Source: an uncultured delta proteobacterium (GTDB taxonomy: Bacteria; Desulfobacterota; Desulfomonilia; UBA1062). From it: a stretch of 64,000 nt of DNA. Positions 48,631-59,442 of the stretch are shown here, piece after piece (the first letter of the stretch is position 1; each line of letters opens with the position of its first letter). The notes beneath the pieces were generated by a model, which saw only the letters and a list, made by a program, of their open reading frames with translations, was not told the DNA's origin and searched no databases. The position numbers and the translations under genes are program-made. The stretch spans positions 244,512-308,511 of the forward strand of contig CAWCTR010000017.1 in assembly GCA_963798485.1 (NCBI GenBank). Reading direction: 5' to 3'.

Positions 48631-49853
48631 AGACGACGTATGATGTCATAGGATCCGGTGAGGGTATATCAGGGCTTTTTGTCTGTGTCCTCCTTGCGAG
48701 TAAAGGTATGAAGTGTTTGTGGGTAGACACTGCAGAACAAAAGTCCGGATCAATGCTCTGGGCAGATACTCCGTTCATCTTGACAGAGACGTTTTTCCAA
48801 AATCTTCTTGAACCTGTCTTAAGCAGGATCGATCTGCATATGAAAAATACCCTTAAAACGGAGCGGGGTCTTGTCATGAAACTTATTGGTTCGACCGATG
48901 CCCTTACTACCGATTCCGGCCAGACACAACGCGACTATTCAAGGGTACAGAAACTCAATGACAAATATCTCACCTTGCTGAAGAAGTCACTCCCTAAGCC
49001 ACGGCTTTACCTGCGGGAGCTTCGGAGCAGTGCAGTCACATATGGGAAGTGGGAAGGTGTCATAGGATCTGCATTGAGCACTCCTGAGGCAGGTCGTATG
49101 GCTCAAATGAAGGCATATGTATCAACCCTTGGTATGAGCGCTATGGAGCTTGGGAAGATAAAAGAAGCATTCAAAGCATATTTATATAGAAGTATGGGTG
49201 AATATAGAGAAGATCCCAGTGCTGAACTGGTGATGAATAAAAAAGAGGTGCTCGGACTTAAGCTTAACGAAGGTATTTATAGAGGGGATTGCTATCTCAC
49301 AGAAGACCCTCCCGGACAAGGTCCATATCATGGGTTTTATTTTTATGGACAGTGCAAAGCCCGTCTTGGGATGATTCCCAAAGGGGTAGAGGATCTTTTG
49401 GTAATATCGCCCCCTGAAGACCTGAAGTACCCTATCATAATAAAAGTGAACAGAAACCCACACAACCCAACTCTTACTGTTCAGACAAAGATAACCCTTG
49501 AACCGGGTCTGACCTCGTTCACCGAGATCATCTCATGGGCCTCAGGGATGATAACGAAGAGGCTGTCGCGGATCATGCCTTTCCTGTCCGGGCCCCTTCA
49601 TGCCTTTGAAGTGGTAAATCCTCTATCGCATGAGACCATACGCCCCTGGTTTCGTTTCTCAGAAGCAGTCAACCCCCCTTCACTTTTCCACTGGCGGCGT
49701 TATATTACTCCCATTGAGAGGATATATGCCTGTGACCGCGACAAATATGCCTGTCTTGGCAATGAAGGCGATTTTTTCTGGGGTATATGTATTGCAAATG
49801 CTGTTCTGAAAGAAGCAGGAAGGTCGGATCTCATAACATTAAGGCACGTATGA
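48627..49853 (+). CDS. Hypothetical protein with a degenerate N-terminal FAD-binding-like motif
   Basis: YDVIGSGEGISGL resembles a Rossmann start; overlaps both neighbouring genes. Confidence 0.5.
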   Translation: MKTTYDVIGSGEGISGLFVCVLLASKGMKCLWVDTAEQKSGSMLWADTPFILTETFFQNLLEPVLSRIDLHMKNTLKTERGLVMKLIGSTDALTTDSGQTQRDYSRVQKLNDKYLTLLKKSLPKPRLYLRELRSSAVTYGKWEGVIGSALSTPEAGRMAQMKAYVSTLGMSAMELGKIKEAFKAYLYRSMGEYREDPSAELVMNKKEVLGLKLNEGIYRGDCYLTEDPPGQGPYHGFYFYGQCKARLGMIPKGVEDLLVISPPEDLKYPIIIKVNRNPHNPTLTVQTKITLEPGLTSFTEIISWASGMITKRLSRIMPFLSGPLHAFEVVNPLSHETIRPWFRFSEAVNPPSLFHWRRYITPIERIYACDRDKYACLGNEGDFFWGICIANAVLKEAGRSDLITLRHV

Positions 49854-50380
49854 ACCCTCGTGCAGGGGTTACCCTTGCAGAACTCATGGTGGTACTCGCC
49901 ATTATCTGTATCTTGGCTGCTATAGCCCTGCCTGGCCTGGGGGCATTTTCTTCAAGGAAGACAATTGAGCATCAGGCAGATCAGATGGGCGCATACTTCC
50001 ATCAGGCGCGTGAGCGGGCTATCCGTGAAGGTATATACTGGCGGATTATTTTTAAACCTGGAGAACGGCAATGGTTCGCCTTCGGTGATGTCAATGGCAA
50101 TACTCGATACGATTCAGGGGAGCAGCAGATTGGGACATGTATACTTCAACAGGGCATAACATTCGGATGCCATGCAGCTGGCGGACCGAATGATAGCGAC
50201 ATATCTCCTGACGGAATCACCTTTGCAAGCAACCGGATAAACTTTTCACCGATGGGCGCCTGCAATTCCGGAACTGTTTACCTATGCACCCGCGATAAGT
50301 CTATGGCACTACGTGTCCTTTCGGCATCCGGAACAGTATTGATTTATGAATATATCAGCTCTTGGAGGCTGGTTAGATGA
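49850..50380 (+). CDS. FimT/GspH-family prepilin
   Basis: AG/VTLAELMVVLAI prepilin cleavage motif, ARERAI, INFSPMG, GTVYL. Confidence 0.85.
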   Translation: MNPRAGVTLAELMVVLAIICILAAIALPGLGAFSSRKTIEHQADQMGAYFHQARERAIREGIYWRIIFKPGERQWFAFGDVNGNTRYDSGEQQIGTCILQQGITFGCHAAGGPNDSDISPDGITFASNRINFSPMGACNSGTVYLCTRDKSMALRVLSASGTVLIYEYISSWRLVR

Positions 50381-50793
50381 GAAAAGGCTTCACTCTCATC
50401 GAGGTGATGATTGCCTTGTGCATCCTCATGATCTGTATCGCTGCCTTTGCCAGGATGCAGCTTGTGTGCATTCATGCAAAGGGCTATGGAGAGCGTCTCA
50501 CCAGGGCGACAGTGCTGGGGAGCACAAGGCTTAGTGTCTTGAGGAACCAGCTTTTTACCATACAGGATCTTCAAGCGGGATGGCATCCGGATCAAAACAA
50601 CCCGATTAAAGAAGGCAATATTGATTTTTACCGGTTCTGGTCAGTGGAGGATGTTGCCGAGGGAAAGGATGTGATGATGTATATTGCATGGGGTGACAAG
50701 GCCAAGGCATGGAACTTTGGTTCCTTTGAAGAATTGAATTCAAGCCATTGTCCTCGGATAGATCTTCGTGAGCTCTTCTTAAACCTGAGGTAA
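50377..50793 (+). CDS. PilV-like type IV minor prepilin
   Basis: KG/FTLIEVMIAL. Confidence 0.8.
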   Translation: MRKGFTLIEVMIALCILMICIAAFARMQLVCIHAKGYGERLTRATVLGSTRLSVLRNQLFTIQDLQAGWHPDQNNPIKEGNIDFYRFWSVEDVAEGKDVMMYIAWGDKAKAWNFGSFEELNSSHCPRIDLRELFLNLR

Positions 50794-50828
50794 AATGGAG
50801 CCAAGAATATATTTAGGGTTGGGATCAC

Positions 50829-51776
50829 TCAAAAAATGAGGATCGTTTCCATAAAAGGCCCCTGGAAGATTCCCTCCGAGACTATGTCATGTGCCTTGAA
50901 CTTAATGTAATCAAGACGATAGCCTGCTGCCAAGTGCAATGGACCAGTTATGTGCATCCGGATTCGTCCAATGAGGCTATAGGTGTAATCATTCCTATAA
51001 CGCAATCCCCTTGATTCTGCCTCAATAGATATCCCATCTTTATTTCTGAGTTGTGCAGCAAGATAGAGCATGGGCAGTGGCACGATATGGTTCGCGGATG
51101 CAGACAGGTTTGTATATTTCTGGGATATCTGGGCATAAAAATCGACTATACGCGCATTCACGCCTACTTCGGTGTTCAATTTCCAGTTTTTTTCTGCGGA
51201 AAGATCCGGAAGATCAATAAAATATGCCAGGTCATAATGGGTAAGCCTGAGCTTCGATTCAAATGTCTGCGCTGAAACGAAGGTCACGCCAAGGAAATTA
51301 AAATCAAGATTCTTCTTCCCAGGACCCTCGAACTCAAGTGGGGTTGCCATAAAAGAAAAGTTCACAAAAGGGCTCACTCGAATCGTAAGCCTTCCTGTGG
51401 ATCGGATAACAGGATCATAGCTACAGTCATGTTGGAAGTTTATCGTGTCGGTTCTGGTAAAGATCTTGTCGAGGACGCCATTAGGATTCGCACCGGGGAT
51501 AAGATCTCCGATGAAGTTGTTAATCCTATGATCAAGCTGTTCGAGGAGATTAGTGTTAATTGGAATCATGTCATGAACGATACCCTCTGTTGTATTGGTG
51601 GCGATATCAGCCACATTGTATGTATATGAGACACTCCCCCTCGGGATTTGTTGCCACGCACCAACACCAAGTTCAAACGTCGCCGCTTTGAGTGGAATTC
51701 CAGATCCAAAGAATACAGAAGTGAGTATTAAAAAACCCCATCCCTTCAGATACCTACTCGCTGAAAAAAGATCCAT
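50829..51776 (-). CDS. Outer-membrane beta-barrel protein (TIGR04219-like)
   Basis: Signal peptide, GVGAWQQ.P.G, VPLPMLY, AGYR, C-terminal GPF.....F. Confidence 0.7.
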   Translation of the reverse strand: MDLFSASRYLKGWGFLILTSVFFGSGIPLKAATFELGVGAWQQIPRGSVSYTYNVADIATNTTEGIVHDMIPINTNLLEQLDHRINNFIGDLIPGANPNGVLDKIFTRTDTINFQHDCSYDPVIRSTGRLTIRVSPFVNFSFMATPLEFEGPGKKNLDFNFLGVTFVSAQTFESKLRLTHYDLAYFIDLPDLSAEKNWKLNTEVGVNARIVDFYAQISQKYTNLSASANHIVPLPMLYLAAQLRNKDGISIEAESRGLRYRNDYTYSLIGRIRMHITGPLHLAAGYRLDYIKFKAHDIVSEGIFQGPFMETILIF

Positions 51777-52298
51777 GCAATCTCCATTCAAGAAGTTAGA
51801 TTAAACAGAATGGGGACTTTTTACAATCAAATTGAGTAATACAAATTACTAAGACAATATTTTTGGTGTACCTCAAAAGAGAATCTCTATGGCATGATGC
51901 GCCCATAATGAACCTTGTTATTGAAAGGAGAAAATTTTCCAATTCATGAGAAAATCATTTCCTTTTTCGGGGGAGGAACACATTTTAGCCATATATTCAA
52001 TGTGCCATAATTTAAAACTCAAATTATAAAGAAATGCCATCAGCACAGAAGGTTATTTATATTTTTCAGACAGTACCGCTTAATAAAGCTGCAACTGCTT
52101 GGGAGGAATGAATATTGCAAACAAGCGATGTCAGGAGTAATTAATAGTAATGATAATTCATTATTTAATAACCTGCCATGAGCATGGCATATTTAATAAT
52201 AACATTTCGGTGATTTTCGGTGTGTAGTGCTATGTATGAAAGGTGAGGGATGATCGCATTTATGAAAAATAAACGGGTAATCTAATGAGATTGATCAT

Positions 52299-54731
52299 AT
52301 GAAAGGGTATAAATTATCTCAGATAGCGCTTCTTTCGATTTTTATTTCCTTTTTTGTGATCTCCTGCTCTGGTGGTGGTTCAAGCAACAAAGTCAATAGT
52401 GAATCCATAGATGATCCGGGGGCCTCTGTTGATGCATTAGGTTTTCAGGATTCTAACCCGATTGAGCTTCAAATTCAGACGACATCGGGCGAGTATGTTC
52501 CAGTGTACAATGGACAATATGTTCAGCCGGGCAATAAGCGGTTTGCTGTCACTATACAGGGAGATACATCCAATATTGACAAAGTTTTCCTCAGTGATGG
52601 CGGGACGTATCAAGTTGAAGCAATAAAACAAGGTGATACTTATCAGGCTGATTTCACTATTAATAGCGATAGATTATATTCAAGTGTCCTTGTGCAGGCA
52701 ATTAATAAAACCCAACTGGCATCTAAAGAGAAAATCGTATTCAAGACCGTCGATGATGTTTCCGGTGATAAACTCATTCTTAACGGAGTCGGTGTAGTCC
52801 TTTCTAAGGATTTACTGGATGGGACTCGTGATCTGTTGGCATCTACGCTCGATAAATTAGTGGGAGAAGCCTTTAAGAATATATTAACTCAGAATTCAAG
52901 CACCATATCGAGCCTAAGCTATGGCGATAATGATGCCAATTTCCTTGGTATTGAAGTTAACACCTTTGAACCTGTACACGATGATGCCTATCCAAATGCC
53001 ATAATGCATCTCACGTTCACGATACCTAATGTGAATCTGACAGCAGTAAATCTCTATGGTCAGAATCTCATAACCACGAATGATAATAATCTCATGGTAG
53101 ACATGTATATCGCCCTTGAAGATCAAGAGAGTGATGGCCAGCGTGGCTTGGTTTTCGATTTTTTAGGAACCCCTCAAGTTTCTTTCCAGAATGATTTCTT
53201 CTTGAGGTCTGCCATAGAGGAAAAAATTGCTTCTGGCCTTAAGGTTGTTGAACGTTCTCCCCTTGTGGTGGACATCCAGTCCCTTTTCAGTAAACTTGGC
53301 AATCAGCTGCCGTTAAGCCTTTCGGTAAATAATTCCAATGTTGATTTAGGTTCCTTATTTGACGCCCAAAACATGGATCTCTCGAAATATTTTTTTGTAG
53401 ACCTCTATGGGATCCCAGAGGATACATCTTCAAATGCCCTTGCCCTCGGTGCAGGTTTATATATTGCAGAAAAAAACTCGGTACAGGCAAGCACCCATCA
53501 AGATCAATCCGGGAAAAGTCTTAACCTCAATGGAATAATTATTGATCTCTGCCAGCTCATGGTAAATAAGGCCTTTGATAACATTAAGTCGCAATATTAT
53601 GGGCTTATTACCAATCTAACCTATGGCAACAATGATTCGCAGACATCGGATATTGTAATAAATTCCCTTTCTATTCAGGACACAGAAAATTCAAATACAA
53701 AAAGTGTCCAGGCAGTTTTCACTATTAAGGATGTAAATCTCAATGCGATCTCCCTCTTCGGTTTTTCTCTCATAAACACTAAGGATAATGATCTTACAAT
53801 AAATGCAACATTCTCCATTTCATCCTCGAACAATTCGAGCGAATATATGCTTACTCTCGATGTTCAGGATGTTGCATCAGTCAGCTTCAAAGATTACTTC
53901 TTAGGGGAACTCCTAGTTGAGGCTTTAGCAAAGGATACTGTTAAGAATCTGGAAAATCTCTCCACAAGTATCGATAGTATCCTGGCTTCAATATCACTTC
54001 CTATAGATATTTCTAACAATGGATCTCAAGTTCTCGATTTCCCTAATGTCCCAGGCATACTCTCATCATATGTCTGGGACTTGAGCCTGCCACCTGGAGA
54101 TAGTCTGAGCCTGGCTATCTCACAAGACAATATAAACTGGATTTTATCTCAGCTTTTCACAAGTGGATTCCAGTGGAATACCTATCAAATATTAAGTCCT
54201 ATTTTAGGCAAAGATTTTCCTGGGTTTATTAATAATCAGAGCGATACGCAGGAAACCATAATGAGTTTCAGCGTCCCACCCATATTAGACCTTCGTTCTT
54301 CCCAGGTAAGAATGGAGGTTGATGGCATAATCTTAGAATATCGTCTTAATGGTCAGCCCCAATGGCAGGCATCGGTTGATCTCGATCTCACCTTTGATAT
54401 AAGGGTAATAAACAATGAGCTTGCATTCTACATCAGTTCAATGCCTAAAAATTGTCACTTCCATGTGATGAGGGATAATATTGGCAAACTGGGTATATTT
54501 GATCACTCCAACCTTGTGAATGACATTATTGATCAATTGCCGGTGATGCTTGGTAATTCTCCCGGTGGCCCTGTTTTCACCGTCAGCCTTGATGCGTTTA
54601 ACCCGCTTATCGTTTTCAATAGTTTGGGGAATCCCATTACAGTATCTTCAGGAGGCGGTTACCTGTATATAGATATTAATGCACTGGATGTTGATCTTTC
54701 TTGGTTAAAGGACTTCTTTACTAATCTTTGA
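52299..54731 (+). CDS. Large acidic hypothetical lipoprotein with internal duplication
   Basis: VISC-SGGGSS lipobox; two related ~120-aa segments; 810-aa open frame in AT-rich DNA. Confidence 0.7.
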   Translation: MKGYKLSQIALLSIFISFFVISCSGGGSSNKVNSESIDDPGASVDALGFQDSNPIELQIQTTSGEYVPVYNGQYVQPGNKRFAVTIQGDTSNIDKVFLSDGGTYQVEAIKQGDTYQADFTINSDRLYSSVLVQAINKTQLASKEKIVFKTVDDVSGDKLILNGVGVVLSKDLLDGTRDLLASTLDKLVGEAFKNILTQNSSTISSLSYGDNDANFLGIEVNTFEPVHDDAYPNAIMHLTFTIPNVNLTAVNLYGQNLITTNDNNLMVDMYIALEDQESDGQRGLVFDFLGTPQVSFQNDFFLRSAIEEKIASGLKVVERSPLVVDIQSLFSKLGNQLPLSLSVNNSNVDLGSLFDAQNMDLSKYFFVDLYGIPEDTSSNALALGAGLYIAEKNSVQASTHQDQSGKSLNLNGIIIDLCQLMVNKAFDNIKSQYYGLITNLTYGNNDSQTSDIVINSLSIQDTENSNTKSVQAVFTIKDVNLNAISLFGFSLINTKDNDLTINATFSISSSNNSSEYMLTLDVQDVASVSFKDYFLGELLVEALAKDTVKNLENLSTSIDSILASISLPIDISNNGSQVLDFPNVPGILSSYVWDLSLPPGDSLSLAISQDNINWILSQLFTSGFQWNTYQILSPILGKDFPGFINNQSDTQETIMSFSVPPILDLRSSQVRMEVDGIILEYRLNGQPQWQASVDLDLTFDIRVINNELAFYISSMPKNCHFHVMRDNIGKLGIFDHSNLVNDIIDQLPVMLGNSPGGPVFTVSLDAFNPLIVFNSLGNPITVSSGGGYLYIDINALDVDLSWLKDFFTNL

Positions 54732-54970
54732 TAAGGAGCACGGTGTAGGAAAGGGGAATGTTTTCGAAATGGATCATTATTTTTTGTTGCGGAGGGCATT
54801 TTTTATTGGTATATAGATAATGATGTTTCATTACTTATTAATATATCATATTCCCTTGCGTTTGTTATTGAGTGATTTGAAATATGAAAACGGTATGTAA
54901 TTAGTAAGTTAAGCAATCATGTTAAGGAATCGGGCCATCTTGTGCGGATATCTTATTCTGAGGAGTAATT

Positions 54971-57595
54971 ATGAAAATAAGTAATGATACAATCATCTAT
55001 ACCGTGGTGTTCGCACTAAGCTTCATTACTTTCTACACTTTCTTGAGAATCGGTGTCAAAAAAATCGCTGAAACAGTGACGGCAAAACCGCTACGCTTTA
55101 TCTCTATCTCATTGATTATCGTGGGAATCCTTGGGATCGGCATCAAGAACCTCGCCTTAGAACCTGATACAAAGGTGCTGCTCCCGGAGAAAATTCCTGC
55201 ACGAACAACATTCGATAAGATTGAACGGTTGTTTGGTGGCGTCGACACCGTCTATTTCTGCGTGACAGCAAAGAATGGGACTATCTGGGACCCGCACATC
55301 CTCTCTCAGATACGTGGGATCAGTAAAAAATTAAAGACTTCTCCTTATGTAGACAAAATCCTCTCTATCACAGAAACTAAATCCATCTCGAACAAAGAAG
55401 ATATAATGGAAGTCACTAATGTTGTTCCGGAAGATATGACTTTCATTAGGCCGGAAGATGTCGACAAGATCCGGAATAATGCGAAAGCCAATGACGTGCT
55501 TTTTAGGCGCCTGATAAGCCCAGATGAAAAATCGGCGTTGATCGTTGCGTCGGTCAATCTTCATACCCAGGTAACCTCGGCCGATGGCAGGAAAACATAC
55601 CGGTGGATCCAGGACAAGGACCTCTGCGCGCGCCTTGCAGACAAGCCTGATGAACCAACCTTGCTCAATATCATGGATAAATACACTGATCCTGCGTACA
55701 AGCTCACACTCACCGGCTTCCCATACCTCAGATATAATATCTGGATGCAGATGGCTTCAGACATGAAGCTTTTCCTCGTACTCGGCATCATTGTCATGCT
55801 GGCTTTTTTATATGCAAGCTTTAGAACCCTACGAGGGATGCTCCTTCCGCTAATCGTAGTATTGCTCTCAGTCACGGCATCCTTCGGTTTCATGGGGTGG
55901 ATGAGAGAGAAGATAACGCTTCCTTTCCTCATCATGGGCCCGATGCTCATCGCTATTGCGCATAACTATGGTACACAGCTCATTGCAAAGTATTACGAGG
56001 ATGTGCAGGATGCTCGCGGCCATCTAACCAGAGAGGATGTAAAGCACATCGCCGGAAAGGGCATCATCTCGATCGGTGCGCCTGTCCTTATTTCTGCGAT
56101 CACCGTTATCGTGGGGTTCGTGACAATGATCACTCATCCAGTCAGGGGCCTTGCAATGTTGGGGTTTTTCTGCGCCTTCGGGATCATTGCCGCGTTCATC
56201 CTGACGATCCTCTTCCACACGGCGATCCTTTCCTACATCAGCGTACCGCAGATGCTCATGGATAAACCCCATGGAACAAAAACAGATAAGGTACTGAAAT
56301 CTATTGCGCAGTTCACTATCAACAGAAAGATTGAAATGCTCGCTGGTGTATTCCTTCTTGCAGCCCTTTGCGTGTACTTTATCCCGAAGATAGAGGCTGA
56401 TGCAAATGTGATGAATCAATTCTCGAAAAATTCGTCGATCTACAAAGATGCAGAGTTCATCAGTGATAACTTCGGCGGATACAGCACACTCAACGTCCTT
56501 ATCGAGGCAACCCATCCCGTTGCTGATGACTCCCCGGAAGACGGACCCATGAAGAATCCTGGGATACTCAAGTGGATGGAAGGCTTCCAGAAATTTGCAC
56601 TTGAGCAAACAGATCCCAAAACGAACAAGAAGCTCATTGGTGATGCGTTATCCATGTCTGATTTTATCTCATACATGAACAGGATCATGAAAAACGACCC
56701 CAATGAGAACAGGGTCCCGGACAGCCGTAATCTTATTGCCCAATATTTACTGTCTTATGAGAATCAGAGCTCGGGAGAATTTGCCAGTCTTGTCGACTAT
56801 AAGTACAACAAGGGGCAGATTATTGTCCGGCTGCCCGATATGAGCTCCCCCCGCCTGCACGTCCTTATCGCTCACCTGAAACAGTATATAAAGGATCATC
56901 CGAACAGAGAAATCCAGGTCACGTTTGGTGGAGCTGTCGAGATAAACGCCGAGCTCGGGACCATGATCGTTGATGGGCAGATCTGGAGCCTTACGCTCAG
57001 TGTTATAATCATTATCATCTGTTATATGATATTCTTCAGGTCCTTTATCGCAGGACTGATCGCGGCTGTACCGTTATTCTGTGCGATAACGCTCGTCTTC
57101 GGCATCATGGGGGCCCTCCATATTCCCCTCGATTATATCACAGCAACATTGACCGGCATCAGTATCGGTGTAGGAACTGACTATACGGCATACTTCCTCT
57201 GGAGGCTCAGGGAACGGTCTCGATCACGTGGAAACCTTGAGGCCGGCTATATCGACACAATGACATCCATCGGTAAAGGGATTGTGTATAACGGATTCTC
57301 CGTTGTTGTAGGATTTTTTGTATTCTTTTTCAGCAACTTTATTCCGATCCGCTTCTTCGGCTTCCTGATCTCGTTCTCGATCCTTGCCTGCATCGTCAGT
57401 ACCCTCACTGTACTTCCTGTTGTTATATTCATGGTGAAACCGAAGTTCCTCATGCAGAGAGCAACAGAAAGGCGCGAAGGCTTGGAAGGCTTGATGAGGA
57501 TGCCTAAACAGGAACCTCAGCCCGAAGCAGTGAAAATCTCCGAGTATCCGTATGGGGCTCCTTTAGAGAGAGGATATAGGGAAGACCAATCATAA
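54971..57595 (+). CDS. MMPL/RND-family exporter
   Basis: Two repeats of a periplasmic domain plus TM bundle; FGG, SAITVIVGF, IGVGTDY motifs. Confidence 0.88.
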   Translation: MKISNDTIIYTVVFALSFITFYTFLRIGVKKIAETVTAKPLRFISISLIIVGILGIGIKNLALEPDTKVLLPEKIPARTTFDKIERLFGGVDTVYFCVTAKNGTIWDPHILSQIRGISKKLKTSPYVDKILSITETKSISNKEDIMEVTNVVPEDMTFIRPEDVDKIRNNAKANDVLFRRLISPDEKSALIVASVNLHTQVTSADGRKTYRWIQDKDLCARLADKPDEPTLLNIMDKYTDPAYKLTLTGFPYLRYNIWMQMASDMKLFLVLGIIVMLAFLYASFRTLRGMLLPLIVVLLSVTASFGFMGWMREKITLPFLIMGPMLIAIAHNYGTQLIAKYYEDVQDARGHLTREDVKHIAGKGIISIGAPVLISAITVIVGFVTMITHPVRGLAMLGFFCAFGIIAAFILTILFHTAILSYISVPQMLMDKPHGTKTDKVLKSIAQFTINRKIEMLAGVFLLAALCVYFIPKIEADANVMNQFSKNSSIYKDAEFISDNFGGYSTLNVLIEATHPVADDSPEDGPMKNPGILKWMEGFQKFALEQTDPKTNKKLIGDALSMSDFISYMNRIMKNDPNENRVPDSRNLIAQYLLSYENQSSGEFASLVDYKYNKGQIIVRLPDMSSPRLHVLIAHLKQYIKDHPNREIQVTFGGAVEINAELGTMIVDGQIWSLTLSVIIIIICYMIFFRSFIAGLIAAVPLFCAITLVFGIMGALHIPLDYITATLTGISIGVGTDYTAYFLWRLRERSRSRGNLEAGYIDTMTSIGKGIVYNGFSVVVGFFVFFFSNFIPIRFFGFLISFSILACIVSTLTVLPVVIFMVKPKFLMQRATERREGLEGLMRMPKQEPQPEAVKISEYPYGAPLERGYREDQS

Positions 57596-57650
57596 AGCTA
57601 TCACCCCATATGATCATCTCATCACGAAAGTAGATGAATGCAATATGTAA

Positions 57651-59340
57651 TCACGATCTGTTCATTATTTTCCTGAGCTCACGCTTCAAGACCTTGCCCA
57701 CAGCACTTGTAGGAAGCTGATCCATGAACTCGATCGCTTTCGGTACCTTGTAGGGGGCCACGTTTTCCCTCAGATATTTGATGATCTTCTCTTTTTCAGC
57801 CTCGTCCCTTTCAATGCCGGGCTTGAGCACTATGGCGACCCCAACCCGCTCGGATCCGGGCCGATCCGGATCTTGAATGCCGACGGAGGCTGCGAGTTCG
57901 ATATCAGGATGTTTTATGAGAATATCGTCGAGTTCACGGGTGAAGACCTTGAACCCGGATACAATGACCATGTCTTTTATCCGATCTACAAGGTAGAAGT
58001 AACCGTCTTCATCCATCCTGGCCACATCTCCCGTGAAAAGCCAGCCGTCCCTGATGGTGTTGGCCGTTTCCTCGGGCTGGTTGTAGTATCCCTTCATGAG
58101 TTGTGGCCCCCGTATGGCAATCTCACCTGGCTCACCGGGTTTCGCTGCCTGTTTCGTCTCGGGATCGATGAGCATGAACTCGGTGTCCGGCAGGGGCATG
58201 CCTATGGAGGACGGGCTTCTTTTTCCCATAGCGGGGATTGCAGCACGTCACTGGGGAGGTTTCCGTCATCCCGTACAACTCGATGAAATTGCCCTTTCCG
58301 ATGATACCCTCGAGTTCCCCGATATACTCGGGCGGGAACGGTGCAGCGGCACTAAGGCACCACTTGATGCTGCTCAAGTCCAGTTTTTTGAATTCGGATT
58401 TTTTCATCAATTCAAAGAACACGGTCGGCACATTCACTATAGCATGAGGCTTATAGTCCTTGATTGCATTGATAATAAATTGGGTATCCCGCGGATTCGG
58501 CACGCAGATCTGGGTGCCGCCGACGGTAAGGCAAAACCCTCCGAAAGCGAGGCCTGCGATGTGGAAGAGCGGGAAGGCCGAGAGTGCTAAGAAATCGGGG
58601 CCTATGTCAAGCCATGCAAGCGTCTGCGCCCGATTGGACATATAGCTGCGCTGGGTGATCAGTGCACCTTTTGAGGGTCCGGTAGTCCCTCCGGTGTACA
58701 TCATAAAGATCGTATCGTTGATGGTACGTTTTACGGCAAGGTGATCTTTCGGCATCCCCTTAATGGCATCCATGAATTTCAACACGTCCTTGCCGGGGAG
58801 AGGCTTTATCTCGCCTGTGGGTATTTTCTTCAACACCTTGCCGAGGACCCTCTTCACACCGGGCAGAAAATCGGCGATCTCGGAGACAATCACAGAGGAG
58901 AATTTCGTCTTGTCTGCAATTTCCGCAATCTTCTCGAAAAGGAGATCTACGCTTATGATAATCTTCGCCTGTGAGTCATTCAACTGATGCTCCATCTCAT
59001 TGGGCGTAAGCAGGGGGCTCAGTCCTGTGGATACGCAACCCGCCTTCTGGACTGCGATAATACTGATATAATGGGCGGGTATATTGGGCATGTGGAGACC
59101 CACCACGTCGTTCGGCTTGAGGCCGGACTTGATGAGATACTGGGCAAGCCGGTTTGACAGCTCATCGAGGTCGCGGTAGGTGAGCTGCCTGCCCATGTAA
59201 ATAAGGGCTGTCTTGTTCGGGTATTTTTCTACGACTTCCTGGAACTTTTCTGCAAAGGTCTTTTCTTCGTACTTCAGCGTCGGTGGTACGTGCTTGTCAT
59301 AATTCTTCAGCCATGGTTTTTCCGAATAGATATCCCCCAT
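57651..59340 (-). pseudogene. Long-chain fatty acid-CoA ligase interrupted by a 1-nt frameshift (or sequencing error)
   Basis: YTGGTTGPSKG and YGMTETSP in ORF 58132..59340; SIGMP, TGDVA, DRIKDM, PYKVPK in ORF 57651..58229; junction near 58210-58216. Confidence 0.85.
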
Positions 59341-59442
59341 TCCAGTACCTCCTATTTCAATTTATTATAAATCTATAATAATACTAATTAAGCTAATTGT
59401 AAATCGCAGAGGAGGTGGTCATGATCCGAGTAAAAGTAAGTA

